64,000 nucleotides of DNA from the human T2T-CHM13v2.0 reference genome, Homo sapiens. Numbering within the stretch: position 1 is the stretch's first letter; each line of letters starts with the position of its first letter. Positions 1 through 21,180 of this stretch are shown here, in pieces. The translations under genes were made by a program, and so were the position numbers. Location of the stretch: NCBI RefSeq assembly GCF_009914755.1, contig NC_060925.1. One strand, written 5' to 3'. A model generated the notes under the pieces. The model was not told where the DNA came from and did no database searches. It saw only the letters and a list, made by a program, of their open reading frames with translations.

Positions 1-1108
1 ACTTATGTATTGGAAGAATCAGTATTGTTAAAATAGCCATTGTGCCCAAAGCAATCTACAGATTCAACACTATTTTTTAACAACTACTGGAATCATTTTC
101 CTCAGGATTAGACAAAGCTATTCTAAAATTCATATGGAATCAAAAAAGAGCCTGAATAGCCAAAGCAATCCTAAGCAAAAAGAACAAATCTGGAGGTATC
201 ACAGTACCTGACTTGAAACTATACTATAAAGTTACAATAACCAAAATAGCATGGTACTGATACAAAAACAGACACATAGGCCAATGAAACAGAATAAAGA
301 ACCCAGAAATAAAGCCACACACTTACAACCACCTGAACTTTGACAAAGTCAACAACAACAGCAACAACAACAACAAAAAACAAGGGGAAAAGGACTCATA
401 TTTAATAAATGGTGCTGGAATAGCCGGCTACCCATATGTGGAAGAATGAAACTGAACCCCAATGAATCCAATGAAACTGGATTCATCATATACAAAAATT
501 AACTCAAAATGGATTAAAGATTTAAATGTCAGACCTCAAACTATAAGAATCCTAGAAGAAAAACCTAGGAAACACCATTCTGGATATCAGCCTTGGGAAA
601 GAATTTATGACTAATTCCTCAAAAGCATTTCAACAAAAGCAAAAATTGACAAATTAAACTAAAGAGCTTCTGCTCAGCAAAAGAAGCTATCTACAGAGTG
701 AACAGACACAGAATAGAAAAAATATTCACAAAGTATGTATCTGACAAAGGTCTAATATCCAGAAACTATAAGATAGTTAAACAATTGAACAAGCGAAATA
801 CAAATAACCCCATTAAAAAGTGGGCAAAAGACATGAACAGATACTTATCAAAAGAAGACATACAAATAGCCAACAAATGTGAAAAAAATGCTCAACATCA
901 CTAATCATCAGAGAAATGCAAATCAATACCACAGTGAAATACCATCTCACACCAGTCAGAATGGCTATTAGTACAAAGTCAAAAAATAGATGCTGGTGAG
1001 GCTGTGAAGAAAAGGGAATGCTTATACACTGCTGCTTAGAATGTAAATTAGCCACTGTGGAAAGAAGTTTGGGGGTTTCTCAAAGAATTTGAAACAGAAC
1101 TACTATTT

Positions 1109-1991
<883 letters not shown>

Positions 1992-2629
1992 TTATTCACA
2001 GTAGCAAAGACATGGAATCAATCTAGGTGCCCATCAGTGGTGGACTACATAAAGAAAATATGGTACATATGCACCATGGAATACTACGCAGCCATAACAA
2101 AGACTGAAATCACGTCCTTTGCAACAACATGGATGCCAGCTGGAGGCTATTATGCTAAGTGAATTAATGCAGAAACAGAAAGCCAAATACCACATGTTCT
2201 CACTTATAAGTGGGAGCTAAACATTGGGTACTCATGAACATAAAGATGGCAATAAACACTGGGGACTTCTAGAAGGGGGAAGGAAGGAGATGAGCAAGGG
2301 ATGAAAAACTATTGGGTACTATGCACGCTACTTGGATGATGGGATCAATCATACCCTAAACAACAGCATCACATAATATACCCAGATAACAAAACTGCAC
2401 ATATGCCCCCTGAATCTAAAATAAAAGTTAAAATTATTTTAAAAATACACAAATGAAGTCATTTTTATCTAGTGAAATCCAGGGCTAAAACAAAGATTCA
2501 GTATTTGATTTTTTTCCTTTTGCCTAAGGCTCCAGTATGTCTCAATGCAACATTGTTACTTATCCTGTCTTTATTCACAATTGTGAGGTTTTGTTTATTG
2601 TGGCTTTCGTGCATTAATTTTGATTTTTA

Positions 2630-2905
2630 AATTTTTTAAAAAACTTCAGTTGCTTTAGGAATGCAAGTGGTTTTTGGTTACATGGATGAATTGTATAGTG
2701 GTGAAGTCTAGGATTTTAGTGTACCTGTCACCTGAGTAGTGTACCCTGTACCCAATAGGTAGCTTTTCATCCATCCCCCGTTCCCTTTTGAGTCTCCAAT
2801 GTCCATTATACCAATCTGTCTGCCTTCGCATACCCGCAGTTTATCTCCCATTTGTAAGTGAGAACATACAGTGTCTGGTTTTTGATTCCTGAGTTACTTA
2901 GAATA
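2630..2905 (-). mobile_element. L1 3'-end fragment (L1PB-like)
   Basis: Reverse-complement similarity to an L1 3'UTR (GGTTACATGGATGAATTGTATAGTGGTGAAGTC). Confidence 0.65.
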
Positions 2906-3689
2906 AGTTTTTTAAATATTGTGTTAAATTATCGTTCATCTTGAAAAAGGATCCCCTAATCATAAAAGAGAATATTGCCTCCCATAGCTTCATGGAAAAT
3001 TTAGAATAATTAAGATTCTTATATCCCTATGTACTTGTTTACGTTTTTAAAAAGAGCAAATGGTCACTGAAAATGTAGTGAATGCTTACACAGGTATAGT
3101 AGATTATATTTTAAAATCTAGAATAGCTTACTTTAGAATCAGGGTTCTTTCTGGGTTTTTGAATGTGAGCGGTTAGCAAAAATGGCGGAAGTAAACTTTG
3201 TTATAAAAGCAAGTTATAATCGTGGGTCTGGACACAAGATTTTGAAAGAAATTACCAGAACTAGGAAGACACTGAAGAAACTTGCTCACTTTTGGAGGGC
3301 ATGGAGACATCTTTACTTTCCTTACTCATTTTATTTAACTTCATTTTATTTAATTTTTAGGAAAACACCTGAAGATATTTCTAAATTACTATTACTACTA
3401 GCACTGCTACTGCCACCACCACCACCACTGCTATGAAACCCAATTCAATTGCTCTTGAATATATTAATTTTCTGTGTTAACTTTAGATAGGTTAGCTTTA
3501 GATAGAAATTACAGAAAGATTTTCCACAGATTATATAGTTTTCAGCATTTAAAAAATGAGATCTTTTTTTTTTTTAGTTCGAAGATTGCCAAATTGCTTG
3601 GCAAGGAGTCTTTGAAAAGAAATGTAATTATTCATTAATCCTGGAAAACAAACAAATCACCTATAGCTCTCTTGCCACCTGCACCTTTA

Positions 3690-3938
<249 letters not shown>

Positions 3939-4649
3939 CTATTTGTGTAAAAGAAGAAATTAAAGACTGTTCCCAGAATTTAGGAAATTGTCTCTTTCTA
4001 AATATAGCATCTAGCATAGAGAAGGTCTTTAATAAATACTTGGTGGATAAATGAGTAAATATATAAGTGGATAAAAACAAAAGCCAGTAAATATCTTTCA
4101 ATTCCTAACTCAAATATTATTTTATAGGTAAGTCTTCCTATGACCTTTTAGACTAGGTCAAGTCTCTATATCAATTTCTCATATTTCTATAGTATTATTA
4201 TAGTATATATAGTAAATTCCTGTAGTATTCTTATAATATCTCTAGAATATATATTGTAGATTATATATAATTTATTTGTGAGATTATCTATTAATATCTG
4301 TCTCTCACTGGGTATAAGTGCCATGAGGTCAGCCATTGTGCCTAGTTTGCTCATAGTACTCTCTCCAGTGGTAAGCACATTATCTGACACACAGCAGGAA
4401 CTTAATAAATTTTTGTCAAACATATAAATGAATGTATAAATATAATCGTATGTTAACACACCAAATTTTAAGATCAAAGGCAGACAAAGCCATGTAATGG
4501 GACAGTGCCAGAGCTTGGGGCTATCAGGTGACAATGGTCAGATTAATTAGAAGGTCACACTTATGAAAGTCACTGGATGGGTGAATGTTTTGTACCCTAA
4601 AAGTAGCCACTCTTCTCACATTTGTTTTTTGCTAATGTCCATTATTCTT

Positions 4650-6290
4650 AAGCTTCTTGACATTGGTGTGGACAAAGATTTTTTGGATTTGACCTCGAAA
4701 GTACAGGCAACAAAAGCAGAAATAGACAAATGGGATTGCCATCAAACTCAAAAGTTTATGCACAGCAAAGGAAATAACAGAGTGAAGAGACAACCTTTGG
4801 AATGGGAGAATATTCTTGAAAACCAGATATCTGATAAGAATATTAATATTAAAAATATAAGGAACTCAATTCAGCAAAAAACCCAAATAGCCTGATTAAA
4901 AAATGAGCAAAAGACTTGAATAGACATTTCGTAAAAGAAGACATACAAATGACCAACAAATATATGAAAAGATGCTCAACATTACTAATAATCAGAGAAA
5001 TGCAATTTAAAATCACAATGAGGGCTCACCTCACACCGTTAGGATGGCTATTATAAAAATGACAAGAGATAAATGTTGGCATGGATGTGAAGAAAAGGGA
5101 ACTCTTGTATACTCTTGGTGAGAGTGTAAATTAGTACAGCCATTATGGAAAACAGTATGGGAGGTTCCTTTAAAAATTAAAAATAGAATTACCACATGAT
5201 CCATCAATCCCACTTTTGGGTATATACCCAAAGAAAATGAAATCAGTATGTTGAAGAGATATCTGCTGTCCCACGTTCACTGCAGCATTAGCCACATTAG
5301 CCAAGATAGGGAAGCAACCCAAATGTCTATAAACAAATGAATGGATTTCTTAAATGTGATCTACATAAACAATGAAATACTATTTAGCATTTAAAAAAAA
5401 GAAAACGAAGAAATGCCATTTGTGACAACATGACTGAACCAGGAGGTCGTTATGTTACATAAAATAAGCCAGGCACAGAAAGACAAGTACTGCAGGATCT
5501 CACTTATAATGTGGAAACTAAAAACATTGAGCTCATAGAAGCAGAAGGTAGAACAGTGGTTAACAAAGGGATACAGAGGTGGAGCATTGAGAAAATGGTC
5601 AAAAGATAAAATTCAGTTAGAAGAAATAAATTTAGAAGATCTGTTGTATAAGATGGTGACTGTAGTTAATAACAACACACTGAATTTTTAACATTGCTGA
5701 GTACATTTTAAGTGTTCTAACCACAAAAAAGTATGTGAGGTAATGCATAGGTTAATTAGCTTGATTTAGCCAATTCACAATTTATAAATATATTAAAACA
5801 TCATGTTTACACCATAAATGTGTATAAAACAACAACAACAAAAAAACTGGGGTACACCCATATAATGGAATACATGCAATAACCAGATGAATCTCCAGAG
5901 AATTATACTGAGTGAAAAAATACCAGTCCCCAAAGGTTACATGTTGCCTGATTCCATTTATGTAATATTCTTGAAATGACAAAATTATAGAAATGGAGAT
6001 CAGACTACTGGTTGCCAGGGAATAAGGAAGGGCTATGGTGGGAGGAAGGCAGATGTGACTATAAAGGGGTAATGAGAGGGATTTTTATGGTGATGGTGAA
6101 CATTCTGTGTCTTGACAGTATCAACATCAGTGTGCTGGTTGTGATATAGTATTATAGATTTGCAAAATGTTACCCCTGGGAGAAACTGGGTAAAGAATAC
6201 TCAGGATACCCAAAGGATCTCTCCGTATTATTTCTCTTGACTGTATGTGAATCTATTTTATTTTTGTTCCAAAATAAAAAGTTTAATTAC
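4650..6290 (+). mobile_element. Old L1M fragments (L1MA/L1MB-like)
   Basis: ORF2 3' remnant (ATKAEIDKWD) and degenerate L1M 3'UTR sequence. Confidence 0.75.
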
Positions 6291-7491
6291 AAATTATAAA
6301 TAAATAAATAAAGCACATTATTTCCATCTAGTTCATTGGCTCAGTCTAGGACTGAAGCATGTCGAATTCTCCCACTGACTCTCACATTTCCCAAGCCTGT
6401 GGAAACAAGCCAAACACTCACCCATCAAACCCATAATATTTGCTATATACTGTGAGTCATCAACAGAGAATCTCCTTCTGCCTTTCTTCTGGTCTACCTC
6501 CCCTACTAATCCCATCTTTCCAGACTCTGAGCATAACATGCAAACTCACAGAACACAAGGGAGTGGGTAAAGCAACTCCGAATGCCATAAAAGTGGGTTG
6601 TGAGCCTTGAATGGAATACAAGATTTTGAAGGTGGTTCCATCCCTATTCACTCTGGACAGGCCCTGCATCTCACTCCCTCGGGGCCTTGCTTAGAAATAC
6701 TCAGGTAGCTAGTTGTTCTCATGTGGTATTGAGTGCAACATTTAAATAGGAAGTCATAGGAAAAGGTGTTTTAAACAGAGTTCTAATGTGGAGATGTCAG
6801 GCATCAGATTAATGAACTCATATGCATAAGTCACACCATACATTGTGTTTGCCTACTGTAATTACACTTTGGTTTTTTAAGTGATTAGTGTAACAGCTTT
6901 AGTAAAAGCTGTGGGCATATCTAGACAGCTGATGCACAGTCATCATGCTATATCCCTGAGAATTTGTAGTTGACTAAGCCTTGCTCCTTTCCTCCTCTCT
7001 CTTCTCTTTCTGTATCTTCATCCCAGAACAAAGAGCCCAGTTCAACATGGCTTTCTACCCCTAAGCAAAACTGAATTGTAAATATTCTTTTAAAAAAGGG
7101 ATTTGGATCTCTTAGAAATTCTGATCTAAACAAGTAAATGCAAAAAGGAGATTTCTACATCATATTTGAGTTTGGATTTGAGGCTAACTTCAATTAAATC
7201 ATATTGATTAGCATATAGCTATGGATAGGTTGGGCTCTGCCTGGAGCAATAAGAGTCAGTAGAAACATGGGTAGTAAGAGGAGAGGACACAGAAAAATGC
7301 TTAATTACAGAATATTATAGAGTTCTCACAGTGATTGTTCTTATATTGTCCAGGGGTCATCTAAGGTAAAGAAGCAATCTTGGAATTGACAAAGGAAAAA
7401 GAACAGGCCAACTTGCAATAGGGGAACCACACTGTTCTTAGTATAATTTGCCCACAATTATCCCCCTGAATTGTAGTAGCTACTTTTTTCA

Positions 7492-10443
<2,952 letters not shown>

Positions 10444-11534
10444 CTAATAAACTTTCGTCAGGAATATTCAAGTATGGGCTGTGGACCACTGCTTGTCTGT
10501 GACCTATTGATTACTGGGTCAAAATAACACAAGGAGAGAAAAATGAGAATGAAATATTTAGTAAACTTTTGTTTTTCTAAAGCAATTTGACATTGCTGTG
10601 ACTCTAAGCACATGACCAGTGCGTTCATCTCGCTTAACAGAATAAAAAACAAAAGTGTTGCTTAGTGGAGATTAGAGGGGAAAAAAGGTCTTTCAGCACA
10701 GATAGTTGCTCACTATTTTAAAATATATTAAGAAAGGGATGAATCAAGAATAAAATGGACTTTTAATATCATAAATATCCTAACAGCACATCTTGTCTTA
10801 GAATTAAAGGGATGGTGATGAGCTCTATCCCCACAAATAAGAGACATTTAGATGTTTCTAAGTAATAATTCACGAGGACAATTTTGAATCTCTGAAATGG
10901 CATGCATTGCTGGAACATCAAAGATTTCTTGGTGAGTCTCCAATAGTTACCATTGTTGGTGTCTACTGAGTGCTAGGCACTTGGCGCATATTACTATTTT
11001 AATGGTCAAAGTAACTCTGTGAGATGTGATTACACTGTTTTCCAGATAAATGACTTGTGGCTCAGTGTGGCCAAGTAACTTGTGTAAGGTTACACAGCAA
11101 TCGATTGGCAGATCAGGACTTGCATTCCAGTCTGACAAACTCCAAAGCTGTTGCTGAAGCAGCCTTTAAGGCACTGTACCTGATGATTGAAGATGACTGT
11201 TGCAAAAAACCGAATAGGGCATTTTGATAAAAGAAATGCTCTTTTGTGGCCAAAATATTTATGCTTCTTCCTCAGAGTTATGCCTTATTTTTCTGCTGTT
11301 GTATATTTTTACTTCCTACTTTGCCCAGAGAAGGAAAAATATAACCCACACTAAAGAACTGGATCCATTTAAGTCATTAATTTCTCAAAGAGAAATCATG
11401 AGAAACATTGAAAGAAAAGCCTGCAGGGGGTCAGGGAGATACATAGAGGAGCACTGGTAGCCTGGAGAGTTGCAGCAGACCTTTATAGACCAGAAATTCA
11501 AAGCAAGCTTCCTCTGTGAGTGTCCAGACTCTTA

Positions 11535-11852
<318 letters not shown>

Positions 11853-12510
11853 TCAAAGCAGTGATTATCCAAGATAAGCTTTATCTAGTCTAACATGTGA
11901 CTAGAAGATCAAACTCAGAATTTTCAAATGAGAGATTATTCTCCTAAATTAGCCAAAGGAGAAATCTCAGGAAAAAGATAAAGCCTTCCATTTACATTGA
12001 TTTAGTCATTCGTCAAATGTATAGTAAATATTTTGTGCTCCATTCTCTGCCTTTAAAGATATTCTAATAATTCCACTTGGAGGAAAAGCATAATATAAGA
12101 AATTCATCTTTTTGATATATTAGTCATTGGGTAAGAAGTAATGTCCCTAAAAATAAAGCCCATTTAGCATATTTTATAGTTTTTATTGCTGTCTTATAAT
12201 CTACATAGTATTCACAGTTTCCATTTGAGTATCCAGTTCATACATTTCATTATTGTTAAAAGGGACACTGCTGTAGGCAATATTTTTATTTACTTATGTA
12301 CTAAGCATAGTAAAAAACCAAAGGTATGATTTCTACAAGGGCAGGGCTCATGTCTACCTCGATTACCACTCTTAGCCTTAGTACCAGTATAATGACTGGC
12401 ATTAACAAATATTTAAATACCTACTTAAATCACTTAAGTGACTTTAATAATTTACATGATGTATTATTAGTTTATACCTCATTCTAGATGTTTTTCTAAA
12501 TGGTCTATAA

Positions 12511-12818
12511 CTGCATTGTTCAATATGGTAGCCACTGGCTACAAGTGGTTATCGAGCACTTGAAATATGGGTAGACTGGACTGAGATATGCTGTGAGTAT
12601 AAAATATACATTGAATTTCAAAGACTTAGTAATAAAGTAAGTCTCATTAATTTTTATATTGGTTACATGTTGAAATGATAATATTCAGGATATACTGAGT
12701 TAAGTAAAACATATTACTAAAATTAATGTCACCTATTTCTCTTTACTTTTTAATGTTGCTATCAGAAAATTTTAAATTACGCATGTAGCTCATACGTAGT
12801 TTCTATTGGACAGCACTG
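12511..12818 (-). mobile_element. MER33 (hAT-Charlie MITE)
   Basis: Terminal inverted repeats (CTGCATTGTTCAATA...TATTGGACAGCACTG); 8-bp TSD GTCTA(T/G)AA. Confidence 0.8.
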
Positions 12819-13424
12819 GTCTAGAACTATGATAGATTCACTGCCAAAAGGAAGTTATGCAAAGAAAGCTGAGAGTAATTTTCTGTTTGAATTATTTGAC
12901 CTGGCACCTGTCAGCTCTGATAATCCCTAGCTGTCAGTCATCTGAAGCTATATGAACAGAACATGCAGAAATCATCCTCACATGTGTGATTACCTACTAG
13001 AGAAGGTGATTACCATGACTCTAGACTCTGAGGATCAGTAGGGGGACCCTGGCTGTTGTGGAGAAGTTTGCTTCCAGCTGGCTCAGTGACATTTCTCTCA
13101 GACTGCCATGGCAGTGCTTTTGGCCACTGAACTTTAGAACTGCAGCAAATGCCGGAACCCTCATTCAGGGAATTCCTTTTGTTCTGAAAATCTTACTGAT
13201 CACTTGAAATGTCTTCATGCATGCCTTTCCAAGACTCTTGGGTCCCTATACTCATTTTGCTCTACTTTGATGTGTCAATCCATCTTTGGATTACTTGCCT
13301 TCTTTCTGTCCTAGCCATATATTCACCCTGAACTCAGTCTAGGATACTATTGACATGGACTATAACACCTTCCATTAGTCCTACTCTCTCACCCTTTTCC
13401 TCACCACGCAGAGTATGTCTGTGT

Positions 13425-13452
<28 letters not shown>
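13425..13452. repeat. (AC)14 microsatellite in F5 intron 11
   Basis: Counted directly. Confidence 0.95.
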
Positions 13453-13455
<3 letters not shown>

Positions 13456-13638
13456 TGGAATAGAAGATCAAACGCATTTCTAAGGATGTGAGCCTTTGAC
13501 CTCTTGCTTAAAAATGTTGCTATGATGTCACCCACGGATTTCATCACCAAGTCTTTGGACTGGAAGTGAGGATTGGAGGTGCCCCTTAGCGAGTAGATTT
13601 TAATCCATGTCTCTGACTCTAGGCACAGTCATATTTCA

Positions 13639-15618
<1,980 letters not shown>

Positions 15619-15829
15619 GTGCTGTATTCAGTCATTAACATTGCAGCAAATTATCTACACCACTGAGTTCTCAGAAACCAAAGTGACATAGTTCTTGGAA
15701 CTACTGAAGCCATATAATTCAGGCATTTATGAGAGTCCATTGTGTACACAGCACTTGTTAGAGCTAAAGGTAATATGCAAAAGCAAACAGAACAGATAAG
15801 AAAATTCAGAGATTAAAATATCCCAAAAG

Positions 15830-16133
15830 AGCCGGGCACAGTGGCTCACACCTGTAATACCAGCACTTTGGGAGGCTGAGGCAGGTGGAACACCTTAGGT
15901 CAGGAGTTCGAGACCAGCCTAGCCAACATGGTGAAACCCTGTCTCTACTAAAAAATACAAAAATTACATGGGGGTGGTGGCGGGCGCCTGTAATCCCAGC
16001 TACTCAAGAGACTGAGGCAGGAGAATCACTTGAACCCAGGAGGCAGAGGTTGCAGTGATCTAAAATGGTGCCACTGCTCTCCAGCCTGGGTGACAGAGTG
16101 AGACTCTGTCTCAAAAGAAAAAAAAAAAAAAAA
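15830..16133 (+). mobile_element. Alu (AluS-type)
   Basis: Full dimer with poly-A; TSD ATCCCAAAAGA. Confidence 0.95.
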
Positions 16134-17032
16134 CAAATCCCAAAAGAAAAATCTCATTTCGCTATGGCAGCTGAAAGTCTGTCTATCTCTGTAATTGCAC
16201 ACCTTTCAACATGAATGATTGACTGAATATGCTCTGAATAAGTGCAAAGGATGAAAGAGAAGGTTGCAATAGAAAAGCCTTATGCTTCTACTACCTGTTT
16301 CCTTTCCTAGCTCAATAAATCAGGATCTTCCATATGTCCAGAAATTCATTTCTGCTTTTTCTAGGCATATGTTTATTTTGTATGCCTTGAGATAAGACCT
16401 CTTTGGTTACAGTTTAGCATAATTGGGAATTTTAGTTTAATAATATGAGACTACAATTCTTCAATGAAGACAAACTCAGAAATTCAGTATCTTTGTTCAC
16501 ATTCTTCTGTATACTTTAGTCTCAACAGAGATGGGCCATAATCTGGGTCCAATTTCACTAGGAACTATGTCTCTAAATTTGGTTGCTTTCAGAGAATCTC
16601 TCCTCTGTCTCCCTATTGCAGGTCTCTAAAAATAGCAAAGACTGGTAAAGAGCTTTATACTTTTACCAGATGGTATCTCACTGAACCCCCAAACAGACCT
16701 GTAACATTTTTAGGAGGGTTATTACCCATTTGATAAAAGGAAGAAATTAGGAAAGGCTAATCAACTTGCTCAACACATCCAATACCAACAGACCTGGAAT
16801 TTGAAACTAAGACAAAATATGTTATCACACTCTAGACTTGCCTTCGGCAGTGATGGTACTGATAAAAATAGACAAGACAAAAAAAAAAAAAGAATAAATG
16901 TTATCACACTGGTGCTAAAAAGGACTACTTGACAATTACTGTTCTCTTGAAGGAAATGCCCCATTATTTAGCCAGGAGACCTAACATGTTCTAGCCAGAA
17001 GAAATTCTCAGAATTTCTGAAAGGTTACTTCA

Positions 17033-17275
<243 letters not shown>

Positions 17276-17369
17276 TCAAAATTGTTTTCATTTGCAAAGT
17301 TATTTCATGATAATAAATAAATAAATAAGCTTTCGCTGGAACCAATTAATATTGCAAAAGGAATTCTTT

Positions 17370-17603
17370 TATTTTTATTTTTTTTAAATTATACTTTAAG
17401 TTCTAGGGTACATGTGCACAACGTGCAGGTTTGTTACATATGTATACATGTGTCATGTTGGTGTGCTGCACCCATTAACTTGTCATTAACATTAGGTATA
17501 TCTCCTAATGCTATCCCTCCCCCCGCCCCCCACCCCCCCCCCCCGACAGGCCCCGGTGTGTGATGTTCCCCATCCTGTGTCTAAATGTTCTCATTGTTCA
17601 ATT
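17370..17603 (-). mobile_element. Short L1PA 3' end in F5 intron 9 (sense to F5)
   Basis: TTATACTTTAAGTTCTAGGGTACATGTGCACAACGTGCAGG...; TSD GAATTCTTT at 17361-17369 and 17604-17612. Confidence 0.92.
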
Positions 17604-17883
17604 GAATTCTTTAAATATTCTACTTGGAACCTGGATAACATGTAGCCATTAGATAATGCTCCACTAGAGGCCACTATGACACTAATAAAAGACACCATAT
17701 TTTGTTACCACTAAGAGACAAAACTCCTGAAGTGAGAAGGGTTTGGCTGTGATTTTTAGGATACTCCTACATGTATACTACCTGACTGCAGTAGTGACAC
17801 CACCGGGCAAGGAGAATAGCAGAAAAATGTGGCAGCCTCTCAGAAGTTACTAGTTGGATTCAGTAGAAGTGAAAGATTCAAAC

Positions 17884-17983
17884 CTGAGGTGAAAGAAGAG
17901 TTGACTTCATCTTCATAAGGCGAGAAGGTCACTCCATGAGGGTAAATGCTATAGGGGCGGCTGGCCATATTTTTGAACACGAT
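17884..17983 (-). CDS. F5: F5 exon 9
   Basis: [33 protein letters not shown]; TAG/GTTTGA; 100 nt. Confidence 0.97.
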
Positions 17984-18410
17984 CTACAAAGTTAAATCAA
18001 ATTTATTCTAGGATTTAAGGTTGATCATGACAAATAATATAAGATACTAGCTTTGCATATTCACCTTTTGGATGGTGTGTGTGTATACATGTGTACACAC
18101 AGTAGGAAAATTAGATCTGTTTATCTGAGCAGTAACCTCCCCTCATCACTTGGCAGGAGCATTGGAGAGAGTGTTTCACTCACACATTAAGGTGGAAAAT
18201 GGAAAGAGAAGTCTGACTTTAGAGGATAGGTTAGGAGAAGTGACGTTTTCCTCACAGTATCACTCTCTCCAAGCAAGTCCTCCTTCCCCTGCCCTTCTCT
18301 TTTCAGCTTGGGCCACATCTCATTTTGAATCTGCTTCTCATCTCTAGACCATGATCACCTTCCCCTGCCCGGTAGATTTTTTAGGACACTGTCTTTGAAG
18401 TCATCTTCTC

Positions 18411-18762
<352 letters not shown>

Positions 18763-19251
18763 CTACACTTGCTGAGAGCACATAAAAGGGATCAGAAATG
18801 GAAGAAGGGAAAGAGGCATGGAGAAAAAAAACTGCTTTTGTCCTTTGGCTATTTTAAATGAACAGAATAGACCTTGTCAGGTGCATAAAACACACAGGAG
18901 TCCTAGTTAGGCTCTTTAATCTGCAAAAGAGAACCTTAATCCTATCTTCTATTTGGTTGATTGTCAAAGCCTTTGGATCATCCTTTGTCTGTAGATTAAC
19001 TACACTCTAGGATTTTGTCAAAGATTGCAACCTTTAATTCTCTGCTGTCCAATTCTTATCTATCTTGGTGAAGTGACATGACATTTAAGGAGAATTGTCT
19101 GAGGAAAACTCCGTGCTCTTGATACATGGAGTTTACCTTCATCAGAGTCCAACCATTAGAGAGCTGCATACCTAGACTACATTAAAAAATGAGTAAAAAT
19201 TGTTTCTATTCAATTGTGTTTACTGTTATATCTTAGCTATAATGAGAAATA

Positions 19252-19300
19252 TTTTAATGCAACTTTTAATCTATTATTTTATGCAACTTTTAATCTATTA
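19252..19300. repeat. Tandem duplication of about 24 bp (ATGCAACTTTTAATCTATTA x2)
   Basis: Seen directly. Confidence 0.85.
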
Positions 19301-19800
19301 TGCTGGTTATAAGAATTTTATCAAGGATGCCATCTACTGTATCACTCAGCACTCTCTTTTGTAGAACTCATTAAAGAAGTTCCTCTTAGATCTTAACATC
19401 AGGATAAATGGTGCTTTCTTTTTGTAGATGATGTAAACTTCACCCTGACATATTTCCTTTTTTACACTGACTGCCATAAAGCTTAGGACAAAATTTGAAG
19501 ACAGCCTTACAGGGTCACATGGTATCTACTTATCTGTGGCTTTATTTTCTTTGTCCCCATATTCTATCCCAATTACATAGACTCCTTGTTTTATGCCTTT
19601 ATAACTTGAGAAACTGTCTCAGATCCTTTGTATTACTGAGTAAGCTGTAAATAAATACAAATACTAAATAAAAACTAAAAGTTGCATTTGAATTTAAAAT
19701 TATATGAGCATCTTTTTCTTTTAAAATTAAAAAATAACCAGGTACTCCATAATATTTTACTATGTAATTTCTCCCATGATTCTGTATTTGTGTTACTTAC

Positions 19801-19978
19801 TTTGAGTGTGTCTCTGACCTGGGCTCTGATAATAGGACCCAAAATCCCATCTTCTTTCATATTGGGATTCACTGTATGTTTGGTGAAGGACTCATCTTCG
19901 TACTGTGTGTACATAACTTTCTTATAATGTTTTCCAATTTGGTTTGAGAAATTATCCAAATGCTGAGACCTGTATTTT
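19801..19978 (-). CDS. F5: F5 exon 8
   Basis: [59 protein letters not shown]; AAG/GTAAGT; 178 nt. Confidence 0.98.
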
Positions 19979-20589
19979 CTTAAAGTGAAGTAAAAAAAAA
20001 TTAAACCACTTTCTCAAATAGAGATCTCGGTAGGATGGGGAAACCCTTGTGCTTAAACATTCTGCTCTTAGATTAGCTAACATACTAGTTCTCTAAAAAT
20101 TTCTTAGTGTAGTTTGCAAAGTCCTTATGTTTTCTGTCTAGTTGGAAAACTGGAAACTTCTGATTTGTCTCCTGCATCACTGATAAAAGTCATAGGTAAC
20201 TGGTTAGAAGCAGCTACTTAGATCTTCCTGTCATTCTTATTGCTACAGCAGACATTTGATATCTCTGGGAAAAGGCCTATACTGGCTGAAAAGATACTAG
20301 GAATTTTTCTAAAGTCTGTCCTATCACTTATTCTATGATAGCCTTTTTGGTTTTAAAGGTATTTCTTAATCCCTAAAAGCAACTTCCAACCCCAGGAAAC
20401 ATTTACTAGCATTGTTAATCATAGTTCTGTGCTATTGGGCTATCTCTTCCACCATCTAGCCAATTCTCTGAGCTGACTGAAAAGCAACCTCCTTCACCCA
20501 TCTTTTGTAGCTACTGGGATAAATACTTTGGGAGCAGAAACATGAACCACTTTTCCCCTTCCCTCTTTATTACCTTAGTTTGCAAAAGC

Positions 20590-21180
<591 letters not shown>

